A stretch of DNA of 64,000 bases from Candidatus Latescibacterota bacterium (GTDB lineage: Bacteria > Latescibacterota > UBA2968 > GCA-2709665), in assembly GCA_965203805.1 (NCBI GenBank), contig OZ241917.1, forward strand, positions 1,472,001-1,536,000, in the 5' to 3' direction. The position numbers were made by a program, and so were the translations under genes. Below are positions 1 to 10,385 of the stretch, in pieces; position 1 is the first letter of the stretch; each line of letters begins with the position of its first letter. The notes under the pieces are model-generated. The model did not search any database and had not been told where the DNA came from. It saw only the letters and a program-made list of their open reading frames with translations.

Positions 1-223
1 CTGCTCCCGCATATAGTGGGTTTTTTCTGTTTCGTTCGAATTTCTCGATCTTTCTTCTTGTTCTCCATCTCCTTATTCCCGCAATAAAGCCGATACCCTT
101 TTCATTGAGTTCGTTTTTCAGCTTTTGATGTACATGTCCGATATCTTCGTATTTTCTTACCTGTTTTGGATATAGGTCCAGCAGTTGTTTTTCACTGTCC
201 GGCCTGCCGTAGATTAACGCCAT
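1..223 (-). CDS. 5' part of a hypothetical protein, possibly NERD-domain; continues beyond window start
   Basis: Manual translation from ATG at 223: MALIYGRPDSEKQLLDLYPKQ...RNRKNPLYAGA, open to the window edge. The ending resembles the GAxGE start of NERD domains. Confidence 0.4.
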   Translation of the reverse strand, partial: MALIYGRPDSEKQLLDLYPKQVRKYEDIGHVHQKLKNELNEKGIGFIAGIRRWRTRRKIEKFERNRKNPLYAGA

Positions 224-483
224 TGGACAAACTCCAAATTTGCTTAATCCCTTTTTAACCACGTCGATTCACACCCGGTCGTCGTGTGGCTTCTACCGTC
301 CCGTCCCTTTTGAATCTAACTCTTTCTCCGATCCGAACTCACAATTGCACCTATCGCGAGTCGCCCGGTCCTCAATCGCTGGAACCTAAAGTAAATCTTC
401 AACGCAACATGTGCGTTCGTAAATAAACGCTGCTTGCATACAGTAGGCGGTCGAAATCCCCCCACCGCATCAGCCGTCGCCGA

Positions 484-565
484 CCCTTCGATACCCTTCG
501 ACAAGCTCAGGGACCGAACTTAGGGATCGGCTCGGCTTCCGCGACTCCCCTCAGTGGGGGAGTGA
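484..565. repeat. REP-like hairpins: nested CCCTTCGACAAGCTCAGG element plus ACTCCCC/GGGGAGT hairpin
   Basis: cccttcgata[cccttcgacaagctcagggaccg]aacttagggatcg; related copies at 28397-28411 (reverse) and 43831-43855. Confidence 0.6.
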
Positions 566-601
566 TCGGACGGTCAAGAGTGCACGCGCGATTACCTCCA
601 T

Positions 602-1192
602 CTAATTGGTCGCGGCTGAACAACGTGAAACAACGATAGGACGTATCTCGACCACACGAAAGTCGGGGCGAGACAGGGTGACCCAGGAAGGCAGACCCAA
701 CCGTTTCCACAGCGCGAACGGTTCCAGTTCGGAGAGCCGGCTCACGAAAAGGCTCAACACCGTGCCATGCGTAACGATGGCGATATTTCTGTGTCGAAAC
801 CGGTCTGAGAGTCCATTCACGGCATTCGAAAACCTGTCGTGCGCTTCGTCCGCCGTCTCCTCGCCAAAAACCAGGTCTGCCGGACCGCAGAAAAAACGCT
901 CGACCGATCGCTCGAATCGATCCTTTTCCAGGAAGCCGACGTTGCCGCGCTCGTGTTCGTGCAATCCTTCGACGATTTCTATCGGGACGTCCAGCGCTTC
1001 GGCCGCGATTTCGGCCGTCTCCACGGCCTTGGGCTCATCGCTGCTTACAACCAGATTGAGATCGTATCCTGCCAATTTCTCGCCAAGCATCCGCGAACGG
1101 ACACGACCTTCGTCCGATAGGCGCCACTTCCTGGCCGGGACGCCAGGATCGACCAGAGGCAACGAGTGCTTCACGAGAACGAGAGCAGACAT
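602..1192 (-). CDS. histidine phosphatase (phosphoglycerate mutase) family protein
   Basis: N-terminal LVKHS (RHG-like), SS..KA.ETA, L.E, IVTHG motifs. Confidence 0.85.
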   Translation of the reverse strand: MSALVLVKHSLPLVDPGVPARKWRLSDEGRVRSRMLGEKLAGYDLNLVVSSDEPKAVETAEIAAEALDVPIEIVEGLHEHERGNVGFLEKDRFERSVERFFCGPADLVFGEETADEAHDRFSNAVNGLSDRFRHRNIAIVTHGTVLSLFVSRLSELEPFALWKRLGLPSWVTLSRPDFRVVEIRPIVVSRCSAATN

Positions 1193-1287
1193 TGTGGGGC
1201 GACGAATCCTCTCAGATCCCGATAAGAGGCCGAGATCCTTGAATCGATACGCGATTTTTCGCTGACATCATGTTGTTAAACGAAGAG

Positions 1288-1563
1288 TTACTTCAAGCTC
1301 AATACCAGTTCCTTTCCCAAGGCCCTGGCCGCTTTTGTCAGCGTCGACAGCCGGACGTCACCAGTCCGGTTTTCCAGGCGGGAAATGGCGATTTTCCTGG
1401 TATGCATCAACCTGGCGAGTTGCTCCTGCGTCAAGCCGGCATCCTCTCGAGCCTGCCGCAGCAAAACGCCGAATTCGAACTCCTTATACCCTTCCTCAAA
1501 CCCCTCCGCGAACTCAGGATCGGACGCTTTCCGACTTGCAATATATCTCTCTACATCGCTCAT
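1288..1563 (-). CDS. XRE-family HTH protein (HigA-like antitoxin), no adjacent toxin
   Basis: DPEFAEGFEEGYKEF...LRQAREDAGLTQEQLA...ISRLEN...TL.KAA.ALG. Confidence 0.85.
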   Translation of the reverse strand: MSDVERYIASRKASDPEFAEGFEEGYKEFEFGVLLRQAREDAGLTQEQLARLMHTRKIAISRLENRTGDVRLSTLTKAARALGKELVLSLK

Positions 1564-1627
1564 GATTCACGCTCCATGTGTTGTATCCGGACACGCGACG
1601 GGTTGCGGCGCGTAACGAATTTTTCGT

Positions 1628-2101
1628 TCATTCGCCCAGGTCAAAGGGTTCATCAGGCGGCTCGTTCCTGGATAGGCTCTCCAGTACAGAATGAAGATCG
1701 CGCGGCCAAAACGTCTTTTCAAACCTGCCGATGTCGTCAATCGACCACCAGCGGAATTCGCGGAAGGCCGATGCCTCGCCGCGCGCGGGATTCGCGTCCA
1801 TGGTCGGTTCGAAGGGTTCAGTCTGAACCCAATAGAAGTATTCGTTCTGGCTGTATGCACGGTTGTCCCACGTGAATTCGATCCGCCGGGTCCATACCAT
1901 TTGTCCCACTGAGAATCTCGTTGCGCCCGTCTCCTCCGCGACCTCCCGGCGAAGCGCATCCTCATCAGATTCACCGGGCTCCAGACCTCCACCTGGCGTA
2001 ACCCAGAACTCATTCCCGGACACGGGTTCCTGAACTCTCATCAGCAAAACCCTCTGGTCCGACGTCATCATCACCGCTCGTACAACCCGTCTCTTGATCA
2101 T
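1628..2101 (-). CDS. NUDIX hydrolase
   Basis: Nudix box PGGGLEPGESDEDALRREVAEETG; probable start MIKRRVVRAV at 2101. Confidence 0.9.
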   Translation of the reverse strand: MIKRRVVRAVMMTSDQRVLLMRVQEPVSGNEFWVTPGGGLEPGESDEDALRREVAEETGATRFSVGQMVWTRRIEFTWDNRAYSQNEYFYWVQTEPFEPTMDANPARGEASAFREFRWWSIDDIGRFEKTFWPRDLHSVLESLSRNEPPDEPFDLGE

Positions 2102-2616
2102 GGATGTGTCCGTTTGGTGAAACAGTATAGACGCCGGATTCGCGTCTGACTGACTCGCGGCGCCCATTTCAAAGCAATATCGCCCTGTGGCATAGCGGAT
2201 TGTCCTGTCTTATCAGACGACTCGCCGGGCCATACGCTCCCATCTTGTCCTGCGATCCGGGATCACTGAAGGAATATGGACTTAATTACGCACAAGATCA
2301 AGTCCCCCCTCCCCCGTTTCTTGATTCTGCATCCAGGGAGGGATATATATAAATTATTGTTATTAAATTGTTTTACTGAAAAACAAAAATGCGGAAAAAA
2401 CAGGCGATTTTCTGTTATGCGATGGCATGCGGGCAGTACGGCGGGAGGGCCTGAAGAATCCGGCAGGCGGCGGGGCATTTGCGGGGACATCGACGAGATG
2501 CTGCGATGGCTTGCGGTTTCGCGCTGATCGTCAAAGCGGCGACGGTCTCCATCCGGTTCCTGGGCCGGATTGGCTTCGGGGAATCTGCCGGGGAACCGCG
2601 AGTGAGGGCGCCCGGT

Positions 2617-3294
2617 TTACGCACCACCCCTCTCTATCAGCCGACCGTCGAGAATACGGACGATCCGTCCGGCGTTCCGGGCGATTTGCGCTTCGTGGGT
2701 GACCAGGATGATGGTGCTGCCGCGGTCATGCAGACCATCAAGGATATCCATGATTTCGGCGCCAGTCTTCGAATCCAGGTTGCCCGTGGGCTCGTCGGCC
2801 AGAATAATCGCCGGGTCATTCACCAGCGCCCGGGCGATCGCGACCCTCTGGCGCTGTCCGCCAGACAGCTCATTGGGCCTGTGATACATGCGGTCTGCAA
2901 GGCCCACTCGCTCGAGTTCCTCGGTGGCTCGCTTCATTCGCTCGGTCGGAGATCTTGCACAGTAAATGAGGGGAAGCGCCACATTGTCCAGGGCAGTCGC
3001 AAGGGGCAGAAGGTTGAAGGTCTGAAACACGAATCCGATTTTGAGATTGCGCGTTTCCGCGAGCCGGTCGTCATCCAGGTCCGCTACGCTCTCTCCGTCC
3101 AGGAGGTAATCGCCGGCAGTCGGGGTGTCCAGGCATCCGATGATGTTCATCAACGTGGACTTCCCCGACCCGGACGGTCCCATTACCGCGATGTATTCGC
3201 CTGCTTCGATCTGCAAGCTCACGTCGTGCAATGCCGGTACGTCCTGAGTGCCCATTTGAAACGTCTTACGAATTTTCCTCAGGTCGATAACCAT
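2617..3294 (-). CDS. ABC transporter ATP-binding protein (MacB/LolD type)
   Basis: Walker [10 protein letters not shown], signature LSGGQRQR, Walker [12 protein letters not shown]; likely start MVIDLRK at 3294. Confidence 0.95.
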   Translation of the reverse strand: MVIDLRKIRKTFQMGTQDVPALHDVSLQIEAGEYIAVMGPSGSGKSTLMNIIGCLDTPTAGDYLLDGESVADLDDDRLAETRNLKIGFVFQTFNLLPLATALDNVALPLIYCARSPTERMKRATEELERVGLADRMYHRPNELSGGQRQRVAIARALVNDPAIILADEPTGNLDSKTGAEIMDILDGLHDRGSTIILVTHEAQIARNAGRIVRILDGRLIERGGA

Positions 3295-3475
3295 CGGATC
3301 GTACCCGCCCGCTATCAGTCCGTTGAAAAAGTCGCTCTGCAGGTGAGGCCGAGTCATTGCGGCCGAAGACAAGGCGCGCGACCGACGCGAATCCCTGGAT
3401 TCGGGGAGGGAGCGCAACGCCGTCATTCGGTCACAAGGGCCGGACGTAGCCCGGATGGACTTTTTCAACGGGCTG

Positions 3476-5119
3476 TTAAGGAGAACTCTCCTCATTCAAG
3501 AGACTGCGCTCTTCTTCAAAGTCGTACAGCGTCTGGCGTTTCAAGTCGGCCACCGCGAGTTGATATTGGATGTAGGCATCCAAATAGGCCTGGCGGGATT
3601 GCGTAAGGTCGTCCCGGGTTCGCGTGAGATCCTGCGCGGTAATATCCCCGTTTTCGAATCTCGCCAGGTCGATCTCGTAACTGCGCAACGCAACATCTTC
3701 GCTTTTTCTGAGTACCTGGAGCCTGTCGCGAGCTTCGCGAAGCCTCGCTATCGCACTTCGAATCTGTAGCACGACCTGCACGCGCTCGTCTTCCAGGTCC
3801 AGCATGCGCTGGTCCAGCCGCGTCTGCGCCGATGAAACTCTCGCTCTATTCTGGCGGGAATCCCACAGTGGGACCCGTAGCGTGAACGCCATGCCCAGGT
3901 TACGCGGGCGGCGCCGAAGGTCATTCCAACTGGCGTCGATCAGGTCCGACGTAGACGTGTCTTCAGGCAGGGCATTGGTCAACCCTGTCCGCTCGTACGA
4001 GGCGGAGAATTCACCTCGGACAGATCCGGCTGCTCGGGTCTCCCGGAGGTTGATCTCGGCCAGGCGATGGTCAATCTCGCGCTGCCGAAGTGACGCACTG
4101 TGGCGCAGCCCGTGCGAAATCGCAAGGTCTTCGTCGATCTCAAAGATCTTCAGATTCAGTGAGGGGCGAACGGTCACACTGTCGTCCAGAGACAGGCCAA
4201 GCGCCAGTCTGAGCCGGTCAGCGTTGCGCTTCATGCGGCCATCTGCCTGGAGAAGCTGATTTCGGCTTCGTGAGAGCGCCACTTCCATCTGAAGCGCTTC
4301 CACCTCGGGGATCAGCCCGGCCTCGAATTTTTTCTGTGCGAGGTCATAAGACTGCTTTTGCTGTTCGAGGGCTTCCCGGGCAATTTCAAGGCGACGTTGA
4401 GCGCTGTAGAATTCGTAGAATGCCTGTGTGATATCGTAGATTATGTCGAGTTGGGTGCTGGTGAAGACTCGCTGCTGATTTTCCAGCCGCAACCGGGCGC
4501 GTTCCAGATTGAGCTTAAGCTGGTTTGGCGCAAACAGCGGCTGCCGAAAGCGAACATCGAGCGTGCTGAAAAAGCGCTTGCTGCGATCGGAAAGATCGAG
4601 CTGTTCCTGAAATACCGATTCCCGAAGTTGCCGGAAATTGGACCCGAATGTCAACTCCCCATCTGTCATCAGAAACGGCTGACTGACGGAAACGGCCCCG
4701 AACCATTGGAGCATTCCTATTTTGTTGTAGATGGGCAGCCGATTGGGCACACGAATGGCCTGCACGTTTTCCACGTAATCGGGCGCTTGCAAAGTAAGAT
4801 TCACACGAGCCCGTGTGCTGCGTTTCGCAGCGTCCATTTCGAATCCGGCGCCTTGAAGGTCCAGCCGAAGATGTCGCGCGCGATAACCGTCGTCCAGGGC
4901 CAGCGAAATGGCTTCGTCCAGAGTCAGATCAAGCGTCCGTGCCTGGGCGAGAGAAATCAGCTGGGCGAAGATTGTCAGAATTATCGTAATGAGGCACATA
5001 GGATTCCCCAAATTTCGCATGGTTTCCATTCGAAACGCGCTATTCAGGAGCTCCGCGCCGGCACCGGAATCGCCGGTGGCGAGATGATCGCGGGACAAAG
5101 TCGAACCTGGATGGACCAT
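3476..5119 (-). CDS. TolC-family outer membrane efflux protein (start may be downstream, ~5020)
   Basis: [34 protein letters not shown] repeats; context in the export operon. Confidence 0.85.
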   Translation of the reverse strand: MVHPGSTLSRDHLATGDSGAGAELLNSAFRMETMRNLGNPMCLITIILTIFAQLISLAQARTLDLTLDEAISLALDDGYRARHLRLDLQGAGFEMDAAKRSTRARVNLTLQAPDYVENVQAIRVPNRLPIYNKIGMLQWFGAVSVSQPFLMTDGELTFGSNFRQLRESVFQEQLDLSDRSKRFFSTLDVRFRQPLFAPNQLKLNLERARLRLENQQRVFTSTQLDIIYDITQAFYEFYSAQRRLEIAREALEQQKQSYDLAQKKFEAGLIPEVEALQMEVALSRSRNQLLQADGRMKRNADRLRLALGLSLDDSVTVRPSLNLKIFEIDEDLAISHGLRHSASLRQREIDHRLAEINLRETRAAGSVRGEFSASYERTGLTNALPEDTSTSDLIDASWNDLRRRPRNLGMAFTLRVPLWDSRQNRARVSSAQTRLDQRMLDLEDERVQVVLQIRSAIARLREARDRLQVLRKSEDVALRSYEIDLARFENGDITAQDLTRTRDDLTQSRQAYLDAYIQYQLAVADLKRQTLYDFEEERSLLNEESSP

Positions 5120-5142
5120 GCGAAAGGGCTATTCCTGCCAGG

Positions 5143-6381
5143 TTACTCATACCTGAGCGCATCGATTGGGTTCACCAGGGCGGCGCGCCGGGCAGGAAAC
5201 GTGCCGGACACCACCCCAACCGCGCCGGACAGGCTGAAGGCCAGTACGACGGCCAGGGGCGAGACGATCGTCTCGAATTCCGCAATTGCGTCAATGAATA
5301 CGGCCATGCCGACACCCAGAAGAATGCCAACGAGACCGCCAGCAAGGCTCAGGCCCACGGCCTCAATAAGAAACTGAATCATGATTTCTCGCTGTTTGGC
5401 CCCCATGGCCCTGCGCACTCCGATCTCGCGGGTTCGCTCCAGAACAGTGGCCAGCATGATATTCATGATGCCGATGCCGCCTACGAGAAGCGAAATCGCT
5501 GCAATTGATCCAAGCACCATATTGTAAACATGGCGTTCCCGTTCCTCCTGTTTGAGGAGTTCGAACGGTATGACGAGATCGAAATCGGCGTTTTCGTGAT
5601 GTCTGCGTTGCAAGATCCGTCTGATTACGGCAGCCGCTTCCAACAGCCGCTCCGAGTCTGCCACCTGAACCGTGAGTTGATCGATCTGACTGGCAAGGGC
5701 GTTCTCTTTGCTGAACCGGCGCAGGAAAGCCGTGAGCGGAATGTAGACGTCCTGATTGAGATTGCGTGCGGCCAGCTCGCCCACGGTCTCGGTGAATAGT
5801 GCTTTGTTTGCTATGGTGCCCACCACTTCGAACCACTGGTCGTCGAGCTTGACTTGCATGCCGATGGGCTCTTCTATGGGAAAGAGCGTTCGGGAAACGT
5901 CGGCGCCGAGTACGCATACTCGAACTTCCCGATCGTGCTGATCACGCGTCAGGAATTCGCCCTTGGCGGCGGTGGACTGAAAAATCGACCGAAAAGCATC
6001 GCTCACCCCTACCAGAGTAATTTTAGCCGACTTGTCCCCGGATCTGGCTTCTACGTCCAGTTCGGCCTGTGGCGCCACGTGTACCGCACCGGGTACGATC
6101 CGGCGGATGGCTTCGGCATCGGCCAGCGACAGCCCGTACGAAAATTTGGCGCGCACCTCCTCCAGTTCCTTGTCACTCAGTTTCTTGTCACGGACAATGA
6201 TATTGTTGACGCCCAGCGCCTTGAATTTCTCCAGGGCCTCGCGTTTTGCGCCCTCGCCAACAGCGAGCATGGCAATCACCGCCGCCACCCCGAAGATGAT
6301 CCCGAGCGTCGTTAAAACCGAGCGAAGCCGATGCTGAGACAGACCTTCCAAGCCAATCCGAAGCATGTCGCGGCGATCCAT
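5143..6381 (-). CDS. MacB-family ABC permease
   Basis: RSVLTTLGIIFGVAAVIAM; ISLLVGGIGIMNIMLATVLERTREIGVRRAMGA; PIDALRYE. Confidence 0.95.
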   Translation of the reverse strand: MDRRDMLRIGLEGLSQHRLRSVLTTLGIIFGVAAVIAMLAVGEGAKREALEKFKALGVNNIIVRDKKLSDKELEEVRAKFSYGLSLADAEAIRRIVPGAVHVAPQAELDVEARSGDKSAKITLVGVSDAFRSIFQSTAAKGEFLTRDQHDREVRVCVLGADVSRTLFPIEEPIGMQVKLDDQWFEVVGTIANKALFTETVGELAARNLNQDVYIPLTAFLRRFSKENALASQIDQLTVQVADSERLLEAAAVIRRILQRRHHENADFDLVIPFELLKQEERERHVYNMVLGSIAAISLLVGGIGIMNIMLATVLERTREIGVRRAMGAKQREIMIQFLIEAVGLSLAGGLVGILLGVGMAVFIDAIAEFETIVSPLAVVLAFSLSGAVGVVSGTFPARRAALVNPIDALRYE

Positions 6382-7640
6382 CAGGTCGAGCCCTCCCTGG
6401 CCGACGTGGCAACGCGATCACCTGGCGAGACACCGCCGAAAACAACGACATCCCGGTTGTTGCTCGGACCGAGGCTGACGGGAACTCGTTTCAGTCCCCA
6501 GATCTGCTTAACGTATAGCACGAATTCGCCGTTGTCCCGGTGGATGCAGTTGCTTCGCACAAACAGGACGTCTTCCAGGTCAGCCACCAGGAACTCACAA
6601 CTGACAGTCATGCCGGGACGCAAGAGAGGATCCGATTCCTGCAATAGCACTTCAACGGCAAAAACCTTGCTCTTGTCTTTCTTGTTCTTACGTCGGCTGA
6701 TGCGGCTGATTTCGGAAATATGTCCCGTAAAGACAAACTTGGGGAAGGCGTCCATCCTTATTCGAACCTGTTGTTTCAGCGCTACCTTGTCGATGTCGGT
6801 CTCGCTGACCCATGTCCGGACCTTCATGCGACTCAGGTCCGGGAGGCCGATAATTGGGGTACCTGGCCACAGTTGATCTCCCGCGGCGACTTTTTGACCG
6901 GTCAGCCCATTTTGACGGTATTCTATCAAACCGTAAGCAGGCGCTCTCAAGACAAAGGATTCGAGGGTTCTGCGAGCCATCGCGACTGCCGATTCGATTT
7001 TTCGGATCTTTGCCAGGTGGATTCTAAGATCTTCCGCCTGAACGAGCTCCACGGTTTCAAGTTGCTTGCGCAGTCGCCGCAGAGCAAGACGTTTAATCTG
7101 TTTGTCAAAGGCCTTTAGCTCCTTCTGAGTCACGGACGAGAAGCGTACTCGCTGTTCGTCGATTGCCGCCATGCGTAACGACGATTCGGCCGAACGAATT
7201 CTGCCCTCCAGGTCCTTGCGTTTGCTTGCGTGCTCGACGTGCATCCTGTTAAGGTCGGCCCGGGCAATCGCCAGGTCGGACTCCTTGCGGCCCATGAACT
7301 GGACCACACCGGAAGCCTCAATACTGCCCACGACGTCGCCTTTCTTCGCAAGGGTGCCTTCGGGCTCGAGCTTCGTAATTTTCGGACGGCCGTATTGCCA
7401 GTTGAAATGGGGCATCGGAATGATCGTGTACCGTACGGCCTGCAGTTCTCCCGTTTCAGTCAACGTGGACCGAAAGCGGCCACTCTTAACTCGCGCAAAT
7501 TCAAGGGTTGTATCGCCGCATCCGGATTGGATGAGAAGAGCCAACCCTAATAAAAGACCCTGGCCGAGCGCCCGGGTCTTGTTGACACGGCGGCAAGAAG
7601 GTCGTTTGTCAGTTTCTTGAACGCCTGGAACACGGTTCAT
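6381..7640 (-). CDS. efflux periplasmic adaptor subunit (HlyD/MacA-like) 3
   Basis: LRAPAYG, LPDLSRM, ETDIDKV, LRPGMTV; lipobox-like IQSGC. Confidence 0.9.
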   Translation of the reverse strand: MNRVPGVQETDKRPSCRRVNKTRALGQGLLLGLALLIQSGCGDTTLEFARVKSGRFRSTLTETGELQAVRYTIIPMPHFNWQYGRPKITKLEPEGTLAKKGDVVGSIEASGVVQFMGRKESDLAIARADLNRMHVEHASKRKDLEGRIRSAESSLRMAAIDEQRVRFSSVTQKELKAFDKQIKRLALRRLRKQLETVELVQAEDLRIHLAKIRKIESAVAMARRTLESFVLRAPAYGLIEYRQNGLTGQKVAAGDQLWPGTPIIGLPDLSRMKVRTWVSETDIDKVALKQQVRIRMDAFPKFVFTGHISEISRISRRKNKKDKSKVFAVEVLLQESDPLLRPGMTVSCEFLVADLEDVLFVRSNCIHRDNGEFVLYVKQIWGLKRVPVSLGPSNNRDVVVFGGVSPGDRVATSAREGST

Positions 7641-8926
7641 TTTGGTACATCTTCTCCTGATGCCTGCGATTCCCCGATCACATCCGGATCCGAGAGCGCG
7701 ACTTCGTCGCCTTCCGACAGGCCGTTTACCACGATGACATGTGTGTTGCTTTCCGCACCAAGCGTAACGGGCTGCGCCTCAAAACTCTTACCGTTCCGAC
7801 GGTAGACGATGGGTTTCCCGCTAAGTTCAAATACTGCCGGAAGTGGAACGGACAGCACGTCAGGGATCTTTTCAACAAGCAGCCGACAACTGACGGTCAT
7901 CCCGGGCAGGAGTCTTTTGTCCTGCCCGTCAAGTATTACAACGACGTCGAACACCTTGACCTTGGCTTCCTTCGATTTGTTCCGCGCAAGCATGGCGACT
8001 TCAATTACGCGTCCCGTGAATGTGGTATCGGGAAATGCATCGAGTGTAACCGCTGCCTGTTGTTCGAGCTTTACTTTGGAGATTTCGATCTCGCTTGTTT
8101 GAACTTTCGCCTTCATCTGGCTCAGGTCAGGCAGGCCGATTACTGGCCAACCCGCATAAATCTGATCGTCGACCTGGTATTTGTTGCGAGTGTAGGGGTT
8201 CTTCCGGAGGATCGCGATGCCCGATGCGGGAGCGGTGACTGTGAGCATGGCAAGTGTCATTTCCGCGGCGCCCAGTTTGGCCCTCTCCTGCTGCAATTTC
8301 AGCTGCAGCTTGCTGATTTCTTCTCGGTGGATACTTCTCTTGTTCTCCAATTCCCGGGTAGCCTGGTCCAGCTTGATGGCGGCTTCCTCGAGTCGAAACT
8401 CGTCCTGTTTACGATCGATTTCGGCTTTGTACGCGGCCTGTTTCAGCTTTAGTTGTGCAATCTTGTGATTTATGTGCGATATTTCGAGATCGATCTCAAG
8501 GCCTTCGATCTCGGAGCCGTTATTTGCCCGTGCTTTGCGGAGTTCTGCCTCAGCGATCTCGAGATTGGACCTGGCCTCGTCAGTCGCTTTCTGCACTTCC
8601 CCTTTGTCAAATTGAATGAGCAGATCCCCTTCCTCAACCTGCCTGCCATCTTCAACCAGCTTGACAATCTTGAGGTCGCCGAATCGCCAGTCGATAGGAG
8701 GTGCTGAAACGACCACGGATCGGACGGCTGCGAGTTCTCCGGTAACGGTGATGTTGCTCTCGAATTCCCCCGGCTTTACAATGTACGTTTCCACCGACGG
8801 AGCGACTACGCCTCCGCAGGCCGTTAGTGCTGCAAGACCCAAGAGAGCGAACAGGGAGTTGGGCGTCCACATTAAACGCTCCAGTCCGATTTCATTAGCG
8901 CGGTGGCTGGCGCAGGGCGAGCTCAT
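7637..8926 (-). CDS. efflux periplasmic adaptor subunit 2 (start probably MWTPN ~8872)
   Basis: VTAPASG, LPDLSQM, LLPGMTV, GLSEGDEV; lipobox LTAC. Confidence 0.9.
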   Translation of the reverse strand: MSSPCASHRANEIGLERLMWTPNSLFALLGLAALTACGGVVAPSVETYIVKPGEFESNITVTGELAAVRSVVVSAPPIDWRFGDLKIVKLVEDGRQVEEGDLLIQFDKGEVQKATDEARSNLEIAEAELRKARANNGSEIEGLEIDLEISHINHKIAQLKLKQAAYKAEIDRKQDEFRLEEAAIKLDQATRELENKRSIHREEISKLQLKLQQERAKLGAAEMTLAMLTVTAPASGIAILRKNPYTRNKYQVDDQIYAGWPVIGLPDLSQMKAKVQTSEIEISKVKLEQQAAVTLDAFPDTTFTGRVIEVAMLARNKSKEAKVKVFDVVVILDGQDKRLLPGMTVSCRLLVEKIPDVLSVPLPAVFELSGKPIVYRRNGKSFEAQPVTLGAESNTHVIVVNGLSEGDEVALSDPDVIGESQASGEDVPK

Positions 8927-10184
8927 CTCCAGCCTCCAGGTTACCTTCGATCACTGCATAATCGGAATTCCTGGCTTTCAATTTCACCCGTCGCGATGTA
9001 AATCTCTTCCCTTCTCGTACATGAACCACATACGTGCTGTCCTGTTCGAAAACACAATCAAGCGGCGCAACCAGGGCCTTAGGCACTCTCTCAGCGAAAA
9101 TACGCACGCGCGCGGAAAGCCCGCTTTTGAATGCAGACGTTGTAGAGTCCAGTTCCACGATGACTTCGACCTGTTTCATCCTGGAACCTTTTTTCAAGGG
9201 TACCGCACGTTTCGCTACTCGTGCAACCCTTCCGGTCACCGGTTCCCTTCTCAACGCCGAAATCACAACTTCCGCGTGCTGACCTTCTTTCAATTGTTGC
9301 GCCTGGATTTCGCCAACTTGCACTTTCACTTGCATAACTGACGGATCGGGGATCCGTACGACGGCTTCACCTGGATATTTCGCACCCCCTTCCTGCGGTT
9401 TTACTGCCCGCCATCCTCTCTCATAGATCACAATGCCTGCCGTTGGCGCTCTTATGCTCAACTTTCGGATCGTTTCTTCTGCCTCGTTGAGTTTGCGTTC
9501 AGCCTGCTTGATAAGGATGTCCGCGTGCGCACGCTCCTCTTTCAGGATCTCCGCAATGGATGCAAGCTTCCTGCTGGTTTTTTCGGCCCGCAACTCGTTT
9601 CGTTTCATTTCAAGCCGTTTGATTTCCCTTAGCCGCGGCGCTACGAACATGAGCCTCCCCAACTGAAGCTTTGATACCGCCGCAGCGGCGTTCGCGCTCT
9701 CCCGGTCTGCTTCCAGCATGAATTGCTGGGCCCTCAATTCCGCTTGTTTCTTGTTGGCATCGGCGCGAGCGATTGCGAGCGCGTTAGTTGCGGTCCGATG
9801 GTCGTTTTCGAAAGGCTGGGGATCGAATCTGACGACCACTTCATCCTTCTTAACGGAAGATCCTTCCGGCGTCAGATACGTGATTTCGAGTTGCCGCCAT
9901 TTACGCAGCGTGGGTGCGGTCAGCGTCGTTGCCCGTTTCGCCTCCAATTCGCCGTCGGCCTCAACACTTACAATAAAGGGTTGTTTTGAAAGGGTATAGA
10001 CAAGATGGGGCTGGGCAGACCTGTCGGGAGCACATCCGAACAGAACGACAGACAGTCCGCACAGGATCAGAAAGGCGGGTGAGGTCGGCCGCGGAAACTG
10101 CTGAGTATATGTCCCTGGAGGCGCCATTGTAAAATGGGGAAGACAGGAATACCGGAACGAGGTGGGTGATCTGAGGTCGGACAT
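8895..10184 (-). CDS. efflux periplasmic adaptor subunit 1
   Basis: IRAPTAG, IPDPSVM, FKSGLSA, LEAGDEL; lipobox LFGC. Confidence 0.9.
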   Translation of the reverse strand: MSDLRSPTSFRYSCLPHFTMAPPGTYTQQFPRPTSPAFLILCGLSVVLFGCAPDRSAQPHLVYTLSKQPFIVSVEADGELEAKRATTLTAPTLRKWRQLEITYLTPEGSSVKKDEVVVRFDPQPFENDHRTATNALAIARADANKKQAELRAQQFMLEADRESANAAAAVSKLQLGRLMFVAPRLREIKRLEMKRNELRAEKTSRKLASIAEILKEERAHADILIKQAERKLNEAEETIRKLSIRAPTAGIVIYERGWRAVKPQEGGAKYPGEAVVRIPDPSVMQVKVQVGEIQAQQLKEGQHAEVVISALRREPVTGRVARVAKRAVPLKKGSRMKQVEVIVELDSTTSAFKSGLSARVRIFAERVPKALVAPLDCVFEQDSTYVVHVREGKRFTSRRVKLKARNSDYAVIEGNLEAGDELALRQPPR

Positions 10185-10385
10185 GCACCGTCCCTTGCCA
10201 TGCAGTTAGACGACACAAACCACCGGATAGTTCTGGCACACTTTCGGACTTGCACAGATATCCGGGTCACGAGTACGCCTGCCGTGGCCCGTTTGGGTCC
10301 GGCAGCGTCACCGCTTCCCCGATCGATTCGGGTTCGCAAGACTGACTGGAGATGTCGTGAGCGCGCTTTTGGACGAGGAATCCGT

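Noticed and set aside
2479-3606. 375-aa plus-strand ORF
   Set aside because: Typical antisense shadow of an ABC ATPase.
8128-8648. CAGGCAGG / CCTGCCTG octamers in adaptor gene 2
   Set aside because: Single arms that encode ordinary residues (GLPD, DGRQV); they are not insertions.
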